64,000 nucleotides of DNA, from assembly GCA_903900265.1 (NCBI GenBank), contig CAIUMM010000040.1, forward strand, positions 19,041 to 83,040. Reading direction: 5' to 3'. Made by a program: the position numbers and the translations under genes. Of the stretch, positions 9,627 to 18,640 are shown one piece after another. The notes beneath the pieces were generated by a model. It did no database searches. It worked only from the letters and a program-made list of their open reading frames with translations, and was not told the origin of the DNA. Source of the DNA: an uncultured Pseudomonadota bacterium (GTDB lineage Bacteria > Myxococcota_A > UBA796 > SXON01). Every line of letters starts with the position of its first letter. The stretch's first letter is position 1.

Positions 9627-11927
9627 GTGAGCACGACCCCGAACACCGTTGGAAGGAGCGTTGTCGTCGCGTACGCGCTCTGGCCGCTGCTGCTGATGAG
9701 CGCGTGGCTGGTTCCCTTGCCGGACGCCTTGTCGCGGCAAGGCTCCAGCGAGATTCGATACACCGACGGCTCGGCGGCGTATCTGACGCTCTCGGACGAC
9801 GAGCAGTGGCGCGTACCCGTGCCCCTCGACGAGGTCGATCCCAGCTACCTATCGGCGCTGATCGCGATCGAGGACGAGCACTTCTATCTGCATCCGGGCG
9901 TCGATCCTCTCGCGGTCGTACGGGCTGCTGCGCAAAATGCGACCCGGGGCACGGTGGTGAGCGGGGCCAGCACGCTGACCATGCAGGTGGCGCGCATGAG
10001 CGAACCCCGCTCCCGCACGCTGCTCAGCAAGGCCATCGACGCGCTTCGGGCCACGCAGATCGAGCTCCGCCAATCGAAGCAAGCGACCCTGCAGCAATAC
10101 GTCGCGTCGATCCCCTTCGGGCGCAACATTCAGGGCGTAGAGGCGGCTTCGCTGTGGATGTTCGGGCACACCGCAAAAGCGTTGTCCCCCGCGGAGATCG
10201 CTACGCTGCTGGCGATCCCGCAAGACCCGAACGACCGTTTCCCCTCCCCCGCTCATGAGCCGGTGTTGACCCGCGCGCGAAACGCCATCGCCGCACGCCT
10301 GTGGAGCGCCGCGCCCGAGACGCTCGAAGGCGTGATCCGGTCTCCTACGCCCACCAGCTTTACCAAGGTCCCTCGGGACATTCCTCACGCCGCGACCTAC
10401 CTGTGGCGGCGCGCCCCCAGCGACCGTCGCGTCGTAAACTCCACCTTGGAGCGGGGCGTGCAGCGCGTCGCCGATCGGGTGCTCAGCGGCGCATCCGACC
10501 GCCTGCACAGCAGCGGCATCCACAACGGCACGATCATCGTCATCGAGCACGCCAATGGCCGGGTGCGCGCGCTCGCGGGCCTCGACGGGCTCGGGAGCTG
10601 GCCTGGCTCGCAGATCGCGCCTTTTGACGAGCCGCGCTCACCGGGCTCGGCGTTGAAGCCCGTGCTCTACGCCCTCGCGATCGACAAAGGCCTGACCCGA
10701 CCGGCGAGCCTCGTGCCGGACGTGCCGGCCCACTATGGAGCCTATAGCCCCGAAAACTACGACCACGGCTGGGTCGGCATGGTGCGCATGGAGGAGGCGC
10801 TGTCGCGGTCGTTGAACGTCCCGTTCGTCAACCTGTTGTCTCGCTTCGGCGTAGAGCCGTTTCTGGGAGCGCTGCGGGCCAACGGCGTACGTCACCTCGC
10901 GGACACGCCGGGGCACTACGGGCTCTCGGCGGTGGTCGGCGGCGTGGAGATCACGCCGCTCGAGCTCGGCCAACTGTACACGGCGATCGCGGAAGATGGA
11001 CGCATCCGGCCGTTGACGGTGTACACCGACGAGCGGCTGGGTACGCCGACGCGGCTCTGCTCAGAGGGCGCCGCCTGGTTGACGCGCCAGACGCTGAGAC
11101 TGCGGGACCGGCCCGACTTCCCGGCGCGGGCAAACCTCGCGGACGTCCCCCTGCAAATCCACTGGAAGACAGGGACAAGCTTTGGAAACCGGGATGCGTG
11201 GGCGGTAGGATCCGGGGAGCGCTACACGGTGGTGGTCTGGCTGGGCAACTTCAATCAGACGCCCGCGACCGCGCTCGTCGGCGGCGAGAGCGCCGCCCCC
11301 TTGCTGTTCGACACCCTCGAAGCGCTGCACGACGGCCTAAAAACCAGCGACAACGCCCCGAGTGAGGTCGAGCAGGTCGACGCCTGCGCGCTGTCGGGCG
11401 AGCTCGCCGGGCCGGACTGCCCGCACGCCCGCATCTACTCCCTCGCCGGGCGGGCTCCGCACACGCGCTGCGCGCTTCATGTGCGCGCGTGGGTCGCGGA
11501 TGACAAACGGGTGGGTCCATCCTGCCCCGCCGGCACCCCGACCGGCACGGAGGCGAGCTTCGTGCAGTGGCCTTCGAACGTGGCCCGCTACCTCAGCGAC
11601 CGCTTGACCACAGAGGCGGCCGTGCCGGAGTGGGCGGAGGGATGCACGCCCGGCTCGGGACGCGCGCCGCGCATCATCTCCCCAGGCGACACCGAGGAGA
11701 TCGTGCTGATCCCCGGCTTATCTCCCGACCAACAAGAGGTCGCGTTGGAGGCCGAGGGCGAGGGCGAGCTGGTCTGGTACGTCGACGGCGCGCTGCTGGC
11801 GCGGGGGCAACCCCACGAGCGCCAGTGGTGGACCCCGGCGCCGGGAAAGCACACCATCGCCGTCATGGACGCCAGCGGCTCCACGACCGAACGCACCATT
11901 GGCGTTCACGAAGCGATGCCGAACTAG
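9627..11927 (+). CDS. pbpC: Penicillin-binding protein 1C
   Basis: Transglycosylase EDEHF/GASTLTMQ; transpeptidase SALK, SLN, KTGTS; C-terminal WYVDG...PGKH; canonical pairing with A2M. Confidence 0.92.
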   Translation: MSTTPNTVGRSVVVAYALWPLLLMSAWLVPLPDALSRQGSSEIRYTDGSAAYLTLSDDEQWRVPVPLDEVDPSYLSALIAIEDEHFYLHPGVDPLAVVRAAAQNATRGTVVSGASTLTMQVARMSEPRSRTLLSKAIDALRATQIELRQSKQATLQQYVASIPFGRNIQGVEAASLWMFGHTAKALSPAEIATLLAIPQDPNDRFPSPAHEPVLTRARNAIAARLWSAAPETLEGVIRSPTPTSFTKVPRDIPHAATYLWRRAPSDRRVVNSTLERGVQRVADRVLSGASDRLHSSGIHNGTIIVIEHANGRVRALAGLDGLGSWPGSQIAPFDEPRSPGSALKPVLYALAIDKGLTRPASLVPDVPAHYGAYSPENYDHGWVGMVRMEEALSRSLNVPFVNLLSRFGVEPFLGALRANGVRHLADTPGHYGLSAVVGGVEITPLELGQLYTAIAEDGRIRPLTVYTDERLGTPTRLCSEGAAWLTRQTLRLRDRPDFPARANLADVPLQIHWKTGTSFGNRDAWAVGSGERYTVVVWLGNFNQTPATALVGGESAAPLLFDTLEALHDGLKTSDNAPSEVEQVDACALSGELAGPDCPHARIYSLAGRAPHTRCALHVRAWVADDKRVGPSCPAGTPTGTEASFVQWPSNVARYLSDRLTTEAAVPEWAEGCTPGSGRAPRIISPGDTEEIVLIPGLSPDQQEVALEAEGEGELVWYVDGALLARGQPHERQWWTPAPGKHTIAVMDASGSTTERTIGVHEAMPN

Positions 11928-11933
11928 TCGGCG

Positions 11934-12605
11934 TCAGCCCCGAGCCCACCAGCGGCCCTGATGAAAGGCGTAGCGATGCGGCGGCTCCACGGCGTCCGGC
12001 GACGGATGGTCCGGATCGCCCGGCAAAAGCACAAAGTGCGTGCCATCAGGCTCGATATGGTAGGCGGGGCAGCACGGGATGATGCGCCGCGGGGCGTCCA
12101 ACACCGCCTGCACGGCCCGGGCCTCACGCAGCTCCCACAGCGTACGCAGCGTCGGAGGTGCGGCCGGCAAGGTACCGGCTTCAATGCGCGCAAGCGCGTC
12201 TGGGATCAGGAACCACCCGCCACGCGAGGCTTCCACCCCGTCGATGCGCGGCTCGATGCCCTCAGGCACCCGTGCCACAAAGAACAGCGTGTCAAAGCGG
12301 CGCGGTTCGGCGGCGGGCGTGATCCACCGCGCGTAGGGCCGCAGCTCCTCGATCGCCAGCGTGACGTTGGCCTCCTCCGCAAGCTCACGGATGCCCGCGG
12401 TCCAAAACGCACGCGGCACCCGATCGTCCGGCGAGACACCGCCATCGTCATCTTCCGGGTCGACTCGACCGCCCGGAAAAACCCAAGCCGAAGGCATAAA
12501 ACCTACTGCACGACTGCGCTCCTGAAGCCACACCTCAGGCCCAGCGTCGCTGTCCCGGAGCAGCACGATGGTCGCGGCCAACCGCGGCGGGGTCGGGGTG
12601 GTCAT
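11934..12605 (-). CDS. NUDIX hydrolase
   Basis: FPGGRVD...IRELAEEANV Nudix box and WITP...RRFDTLFF. Confidence 0.88.
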   Translation of the reverse strand: MTTPTPPRLAATIVLLRDSDAGPEVWLQERSRAVGFMPSAWVFPGGRVDPEDDDGGVSPDDRVPRAFWTAGIRELAEEANVTLAIEELRPYARWITPAAEPRRFDTLFFVARVPEGIEPRIDGVEASRGGWFLIPDALARIEAGTLPAAPPTLRTLWELREARAVQAVLDAPRRIIPCCPAYHIEPDGTHFVLLPGDPDHPSPDAVEPPHRYAFHQGRWWARG

Positions 12606-14458
12606 TGCCAGCGCACCTCGGACCGCCCTGCGTCGAGGTCGATCCGCGCCGCAGCGTCGGAGTCGGTGAGCGGGAGCAACATGCCTTCGCGGCGCTCGGT
12701 GTCGTCCCAGCCGCCGCCGGTCGGCCCCGCAAAATACTCAAACGCCGCCGGCCGCCCCGGGAACACCAGCGCGGCGTCGGTCGTGGTGTCCTGATTGGTG
12801 TCGACGCCCTTCACAGTCAACAACCCCGCGTCCACCGAGAGCAAGAATTGATCCCCGTCCGTCGCAGGCCGCGCGCCGGACACGATGAGGAAGCTGACCG
12901 CACCGGTGTCGCTGAGGTAACGGACGTCGCTTTGGGCGCGCCCCTGCTGCGGTCCCGAGTGGCTCCCGTCGACCGTCCAGGTCGCGCTGCCCGAGTCAAA
13001 GGTGATCGTCCAGGTCTCGGTGACCGTGACGCCACCACAGGTGGAGAACGATGCTTGTTCGCCGGAGTAGCTGTCAATCCAGAGCGACACATCCGAGGTC
13101 GCGCCCAGATCGTTGAGCGAGGCGTACGAGACGGTGGTGTCCCAAATCTGGTTGGGGCCGTGCGGACCGCGCAGGTCGACCACGGCGCAGCCGGTGGACC
13201 CATCCAGCTGGAAAACATAGCCGTCCCCGGTCGATACCGCGACGGCAGGCACGCGGGGACGTGCGCCCCAGGTGGTCTCGCGCTGTTGCCAAACGCTGCC
13301 GATGCTCGCCGCGAGGCCGCTCACCGGCGATCCGAGGAAAACCCCCTCGACCTCTGGGGTGATCGGGTTCGGATCCACCGGAAGATCGGCGTAGAGGTCG
13401 TACACGTCGACCCGGAGCAATCCCAACGGGGCGATGAACAAGTGCGAAAACGAGACGCCCGCTTCGTCGACGCCGCTGCTGACCGCAACGTCCAACACCG
13501 CCGCCGCCGCCGGCACAGGGACGCCCACTTCCAGCGTATCGAGGTAAACCCGGTGCACCTGCGATAGCCGGGTGTCCGACACAAACAACGTAGGCACACC
13601 CTCTACATCGGCGTATGCCATGCGACCCGCGCCGCTCCCGCTCTCAAACCGCACGCCCGGCAAGGCCGCGCCGGTGACGGCATTCCATGCCCACAAGCCG
13701 CTACCGGTCGCGTCCGAGTAGCTGCCGTACACCACGCCGTCGGCGATCAGCAGGTCGGCGACGATCGCGTCGGTAGGGATCTCGACCAGCCCGGTGTCGG
13801 TCCGGATATCGAAGCGATCTCCCGCGGTGGCCGTCCCGGACAGCGTGAAGCCAAGCTCGCCGTGATCGGTCCAATAGGCGACGTCGGGCGCCGGCTCTTT
13901 GGTCTGCGGCCCAGAGGCGGTGCCTTCGACCCACCAGCGCGCGCCGTCGTAGCTGATCGACCAATCCTCAGTGGTGGTAAAGCCGTCCCGAACGCCGACA
14001 TCAAAAAGCGCGGCGTCGTCGCCGCTGCCGTCGACGTCGTTGAAGCCCGATCCGCCCGCAACAGCGGGCTGGAGCACCGGTTGGCCCTCGTCATCCACGC
14101 TATACCAAGGAATGCGCACCACGCTGGAGTGCGCGGTGTCGGTCGCCCACACCATCGTTGAGCCATCCGCAGCGACGTTGACTTCGACGTCGCCTAACAG
14201 TCGATCGACGCCGGTCGCCAGCGACGGTGTGCGCAGGAAGCTGGCCGCCTCGGACAAGGTGAGCAATCGCCCGGACTTCAAGTCCACCGGAACAATCGAG
14301 CCCGAGCGCTGGTTCGCGACGACGCCTACCGGATCGTCGAAGACGCTCGTCCCGCCTGGGATGACCGCCGCGGCGATCGGCCCGTCAAAGTGCAGGAGGA
14401 TGCCCGTAGGATCAGAGCATCCCACCAGCGAGGACAAAGCAAGGGAGAGGATCATCAC
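12602..14458 (-). CDS. Acidic lipoprotein, probable beta-propeller with two copies of an inserted beta-rich domain
   Basis: Lipobox LVGC; internal repeat W-x-V-x-G-x2-SGPQ...Y-x2-D-x-G-x3-F...T-x-GD-x-F; 4-bp overlaps on both sides. Confidence 0.75.
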   Translation of the reverse strand: MMILSLALSSLVGCSDPTGILLHFDGPIAAAVIPGGTSVFDDPVGVVANQRSGSIVPVDLKSGRLLTLSEAASFLRTPSLATGVDRLLGDVEVNVAADGSTMVWATDTAHSSVVRIPWYSVDDEGQPVLQPAVAGGSGFNDVDGSGDDAALFDVGVRDGFTTTEDWSISYDGARWWVEGTASGPQTKEPAPDVAYWTDHGELGFTLSGTATAGDRFDIRTDTGLVEIPTDAIVADLLIADGVVYGSYSDATGSGLWAWNAVTGAALPGVRFESGSGAGRMAYADVEGVPTLFVSDTRLSQVHRVYLDTLEVGVPVPAAAAVLDVAVSSGVDEAGVSFSHLFIAPLGLLRVDVYDLYADLPVDPNPITPEVEGVFLGSPVSGLAASIGSVWQQRETTWGARPRVPAVAVSTGDGYVFQLDGSTGCAVVDLRGPHGPNQIWDTTVSYASLNDLGATSDVSLWIDSYSGEQASFSTCGGVTVTETWTITFDSGSATWTVDGSHSGPQQGRAQSDVRYLSDTGAVSFLIVSGARPATDGDQFLLSVDAGLLTVKGVDTNQDTTTDAALVFPGRPAAFEYFAGPTGGGWDDTERREGMLLPLTDSDAAARIDLDAGRSEVRWQ

Positions 14459-17400
14459 AGGTTCACCAGCCAGGTGATCGGCTTCATGAAGGTGGCGCTC
14501 TCCGGATCGGTGTCGAGCACCATCACCGTCGAATGCGTGGCGGTGCCGATCACCTCGCCCGAGTAGTTGCCAACGAGGCCGCGCGTGCCGTCCGCGGAGA
14601 GCGCGATCGCGTAGGGGTTCTCCCCGACCTCGGTCGTCTCGGCGACCAGCGTCCCCGCGGTGCCGAGCGCGAGATCGTAGCAGCTGACCGAATTGTCGTT
14701 GAAGTTCGTGACGAACATGTGATGCCCGTCCGGATGCAGCAGGAGCTGCCCGGGGCCGACATCCGCTTGGGTGTTTACGCCTTCATCCCGGTCGTTGCCG
14801 CGCGGGAGCGGGAGCATCGACACCGCGCTGTCGCGCACCAGCTCGATGTCGGCATCATCCTCAAGAACATTGAGGTCAAAGGCCATCAAGCTCGAAGGCG
14901 CGTCGGTGATCACCCAGAGCCATCCGTGCACCGGATCCACCAGCGAAGAACGCGGCCCCGACGCGCTACCCGTCGAGGTCTCGACCAGAATTACCGATTC
15001 GACATCGAGGTAGTTCAGATCGACGAAGTCGCCCCCCGTGGCGATGTTCGTGTCATCCCGAATATCAAGGACGAAGATCTCCGGGAGCAGCTTGCAGGTC
15101 ACGTACATGAACCCGCGCTCGTCGTCCACCGCAAGGGCCGAACAGCCGCGCACCGGCGCCACCGACGTGCCTTCTACGGTCACGTCGAGGTCGATGGCGT
15201 CGGCATCATCTGCAGGTTGGGCGACGAAGCCCCACGTGTCCGAGCGCGTCGGCATCGCCAAATCGCGCCACGCGCGGTCGGGCTCCCGAAGCACGCCACG
15301 GCCGACGCGGCCAACGCCGAGGTCCTCGCCGGTGTACCACAGCGTCCAGCCCTCGCCGTCCGAATCCGGGACGGTGATCGGCCGGAGCACGTCGCTGACG
15401 CCAAAGCTGCCGGACGCGGCGGTCAGGACCGCGCGGGGCTCACCATCCGCGCCAGCCGCGCCGATCAGATCCGCCGAGCCGCCGACTCCGTCTGCGTCCT
15501 CCGCGTACCCAAGCGCCCACTGATTGCCATCAAAGCCGCTAAACCAAAGGTGAAGCACCCCGTCATCGCCGACGAGCGCCATCGGATCTTTGACGCCGGA
15601 GTCGTTCCAGTCGCCCGGCCCGCCCGCGTTCAGCGTCCACGCGGCTTCCGCGCCGGCGACACGGGTAAAGCCGACCCCATCGGAGCTCTCCGCGACACCA
15701 ATACGCGGGTTTCCGCCATCGGTGCCGGTGTACCAGAGCTGGATCGTGCCGTCCTCCGCGACCACCACGCTGCCGGGCACCACACCGACGCTGTCCCAAT
15801 CGCTCGACGGGACCAGCACCGGCGAAGCGCCAAGCGCCCAGGAGACGCCGTTGTCGTCGCTCGTCGCGGTGTAGACCCCGGTGAGGCCGTTGGCCGAGCC
15901 CGCGAAGTACATGCGGAGCTGCGCGCCCACTTCGAACACCACCGCGTGCGAGATGCTGTCGAGGCCTTCGGGTACGTACAGCACCGGCTCGCTCTCGAGG
16001 ACCAACTGCCCATCGACCCACGATCCGCGGCCGATGGTGCCTACGCCGGACGCGTCCGTCAGCGTGAACCAGGCGTCGTCTCCCGTCCAGCTGTCCAGCG
16101 AGACGCCGTTAGCGGACCAGTCGCCGGCGTCATCCGGATCGACGCGCTGCCCAGCCGCGATGCGCACCGACCACCCGTCGATGGGATCATCCACTTGCTC
16201 GCCCGGCGCGATCGCGATGTCGAACACCTCGTCGTTCGCGCCGATGAGCGTGAAGGTACCTTCAGACGCCCCTTGAATCGCGACGCGCGCGGCCCCGGTG
16301 CCGGGTGCGAAGCGGAATGCTTCGCCTTCAACCTGCCAAGATGTGCCGTCTACACTCGTGGCCTCGGCCACGTAGGGCGAGAGCCCGTCGACGGTGTAGA
16401 GCATGTGGAAGCGCCCGGCGATCCACGTAACAGCCGGGCTTTGCGCGCCTGAAGGCGGCGCAAATCGCTGATCGCTCACCGTCCACGTCTCCAGATCGTC
16501 GCTCCAAGCCTCGCCGATCCCGTCGGGCGAGCCGTCTGCGCCGTCGTCGACGGTGAACCACATGCGGTAACGGTCCATGGAGGCATCAAAAAGCACGAAC
16601 GGATCGGTGACCGAGGCCCCGGCGATGGCGACCACCGCGCCCTCGCGTCGGTAGCTCGCGCCGTCTTCGGAGGATGCGCGCACAATGGACTGCGTCACGC
16701 CGTCGCCTGCGTCGTAGAACAACGTCCACAAGCCGTCCTGGATGACCATCGCCGGCCCGCCCAACACGGCCTCCGCGCCATTCGACTCCACCGGGACCAA
16801 CGCCGCGGCCGTAGCCCAGCTGCCCAGCTCCGACGCGTTCCCATCGGCGACCGAGATCGCGCCCGAAGTGTCGTCCACGTAGAGCATGTGGGGCACGCCA
16901 TCGGCGTCAAGGTAGAAGAACGGATCGTTCAACGTGCCGAACTCAGAAGCGGCGACGTCCGGATCGCCCGGAGTCGCTTCCCAAGCCCCCTCGCCGTTCC
17001 CCGTCTGCCGGACCAGCCCAGCCTGCCGGCCCCGCCCCGGGATCCACGCCCGAATCGTGCCAGGGCTCCACTGCAAGTCCCAGGCGCTCGGGGAGAGCGA
17101 GGTGCCTTCGATGTTCTCCAGCACCGCGAAGCTCGCGCGGGAGCCCGATTCATCGGCGTCATCGAAGGCGTAGGCGTCGATCGCGGCCTCTCCCCCGGGC
17201 GGGATGATCGCGACCGGACGGGCGGCCATGTCCAACAGCGTGACGTGATGCGACGTGCGGTCCAAGACGTAGCCGACGTGCGTGGCGGGATCATAGGCGA
17301 TGGCGTTGGGATCGTAGCCCACGCCGATGGAGGAGCCGCGCTCGGTGACTCCTTCCGCCAACGCGGGAGCGGTGGCATCGGAGAGGTCGACGAACCACAC

Positions 17401-17958
17401 GTCATCCGTGGACTCACGGGTGCGCGCCCCTTCGGAAAGACGATTTGTGACCGCGAGGATGCGGTCATCGGTCATCGCGGCCGCGCCCGAGAAGGTAGGA
17501 AGGTCTACCGCAATTGCCCCGATCTGGGTCATCGTCTGGCGCCCGAGGGTCTCATCCACGTTCGCGAGGTCAATGACCGACACCGAACCACCCGTGTAAT
17601 CGCCCCACGCATTCGCGTTGACGATGGCAAACTTACCGGGTTGATCAAGCGCAATAATGTCGGCGGGCGCGGCGAGACAGGTACCGATTCCGATCTGTCC
17701 GTACTCGTACACCCCATCGGGGTACACCGCGCAATCCCCAACGTCGGGCAACGGCCTGGACTCCAGACACCCCGAGATCAAGCCAGGAAGAACGCTGCTA
17801 AGCGCGAGGACAACGAGGGTGTGGCGGCGAAGGGACAGGGGGTGCCTACGGAAGCCCCGGGGACTAACTGTTTTCTCCGCAGCCTGCTTCTGCGCAGCCT
17901 GTCTATGGCCGTCGAACGCGTGTTCCCAAACGCGGAGTTGGCCCCATCTGCGCCGCAC
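14455..17958 (-). CDS. Large acidic lipoprotein with YVTN-like propeller and GH32/GH43/GH130-like five-bladed propeller repeats (start uncertain)
   Basis: Lipobox ISGC; blades DPFV..YRMWF, PGSVV..LWYTG..IGVAES.DG, WNDSGVKDP; YVTN-type FVTNFNDNSVS and GENPYAIA. Nearest upstream canonical start is GTG 17958; CTG 17838 fits the signal peptide better. Confidence 0.75.
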   Translation of the reverse strand: MRRRWGQLRVWEHAFDGHRQAAQKQAAEKTVSPRGFRRHPLSLRRHTLVVLALSSVLPGLISGCLESRPLPDVGDCAVYPDGVYEYGQIGIGTCLAAPADIIALDQPGKFAIVNANAWGDYTGGSVSVIDLANVDETLGRQTMTQIGAIAVDLPTFSGAAAMTDDRILAVTNRLSEGARTRESTDDVWFVDLSDATAPALAEGVTERGSSIGVGYDPNAIAYDPATHVGYVLDRTSHHVTLLDMAARPVAIIPPGGEAAIDAYAFDDADESGSRASFAVLENIEGTSLSPSAWDLQWSPGTIRAWIPGRGRQAGLVRQTGNGEGAWEATPGDPDVAASEFGTLNDPFFYLDADGVPHMLYVDDTSGAISVADGNASELGSWATAAALVPVESNGAEAVLGGPAMVIQDGLWTLFYDAGDGVTQSIVRASSEDGASYRREGAVVAIAGASVTDPFVLFDASMDRYRMWFTVDDGADGSPDGIGEAWSDDLETWTVSDQRFAPPSGAQSPAVTWIAGRFHMLYTVDGLSPYVAEATSVDGTSWQVEGEAFRFAPGTGAARVAIQGASEGTFTLIGANDEVFDIAIAPGEQVDDPIDGWSVRIAAGQRVDPDDAGDWSANGVSLDSWTGDDAWFTLTDASGVGTIGRGSWVDGQLVLESEPVLYVPEGLDSISHAVVFEVGAQLRMYFAGSANGLTGVYTATSDDNGVSWALGASPVLVPSSDWDSVGVVPGSVVVAEDGTIQLWYTGTDGGNPRIGVAESSDGVGFTRVAGAEAAWTLNAGGPGDWNDSGVKDPMALVGDDGVLHLWFSGFDGNQWALGYAEDADGVGGSADLIGAAGADGEPRAVLTAASGSFGVSDVLRPITVPDSDGEGWTLWYTGEDLGVGRVGRGVLREPDRAWRDLAMPTRSDTWGFVAQPADDADAIDLDVTVEGTSVAPVRGCSALAVDDERGFMYVTCKLLPEIFVLDIRDDTNIATGGDFVDLNYLDVESVILVETSTGSASGPRSSLVDPVHGWLWVITDAPSSLMAFDLNVLEDDADIELVRDSAVSMLPLPRGNDRDEGVNTQADVGPGQLLLHPDGHHMFVTNFNDNSVSCYDLALGTAGTLVAETTEVGENPYAIALSADGTRGLVGNYSGEVIGTATHSTVMVLDTDPESATFMKPITWLVNL

Positions 17959-17995
17959 GAGAGGACGTCTGCGGACTCTCCAGTTAGAGTGCCGC

Positions 17996-18640
17996 ATGGC
18001 CATCGACCTTCGTTGTTTCACCTACATCGACATCCTGCAACCCCAGACCACGGCGTTTCTGGCCACGGTGTCGCGTGGCTACATGCCGCTCACCGGCCAG
18101 GCTGCGTTGTTGGTTGAGGTCGCTCCCGGCATGGACGTCAACGTCGTCACCGACATCGCGCTGAAGCAGACGTCCTGCACGCCGGGCATGCAGATCGTCG
18201 AGCGCCAGTTCGGCTGCTTGCAGCTCCAACACACCGACCAAGGCCAAGTTCGCGCCGCGGGAGATGCGATCCTCGACGCGCTTTCTCTGAAGTCGCAAGA
18301 TCGTCTGCGCGCGCGCATCGTCAGCTCGCAGACCATCACCGGCATTCACGGATACCACGCGCAGATCACCAACCGGATGCGCCACGGCAACATCATCGAT
18401 GAGGGCCAGACCCTCTACATCCTCGAGTGCCACCCTGCCGGCTACGCGCTGATCGCGGCAAATGAAGCCGAGAAAGCAGCGGACATCGAGATCCTCGAGA
18501 TCGTCAGCTTCGGCGCGTTCGGTCGCCTCTACATCGGCGGCTCCGAAGAGCACGTCGCGCAGGCGGCGAAGGCGGCGATCGCGGTGCTCGAGAGCATTGA
18601 CGGTCGGGACAACCCCGGTAGCGGCGCGGTATTTTACTGA
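17996..18640 (+). CDS. Bacterial microcompartment shell protein BMC-T, circularly permuted double-stacking type (CsoS1D/CcmP/Haliangium T2-T3-like)
   Basis: LRCFTYIDILQPQ, EVAPG, VERQFG, DQGQVRAAG, PAGYALIAANEAEKAA, FGAFGRLYIGG are hallmark motifs of this family. ATG at 17996. Confidence 0.9.
   Translation: MAIDLRCFTYIDILQPQTTAFLATVSRGYMPLTGQAALLVEVAPGMDVNVVTDIALKQTSCTPGMQIVERQFGCLQLQHTDQGQVRAAGDAILDALSLKSQDRLRARIVSSQTITGIHGYHAQITNRMRHGNIIDEGQTLYILECHPAGYALIAANEAEKAADIEILEIVSFGAFGRLYIGGSEEHVAQAAKAAIAVLESIDGRDNPGSGAVFY

Noticed and set aside
4466-9763. Long minus-strand ORFs (406, 503 and 707 aa) within the A2M gene
   Set aside because: Shadow ORFs of a well-supported gene.
3923-11927. A2M-pbpC pairing as a novel system
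   Set aside because: Well-established conserved operon; thioester and PBP motifs are canonical.
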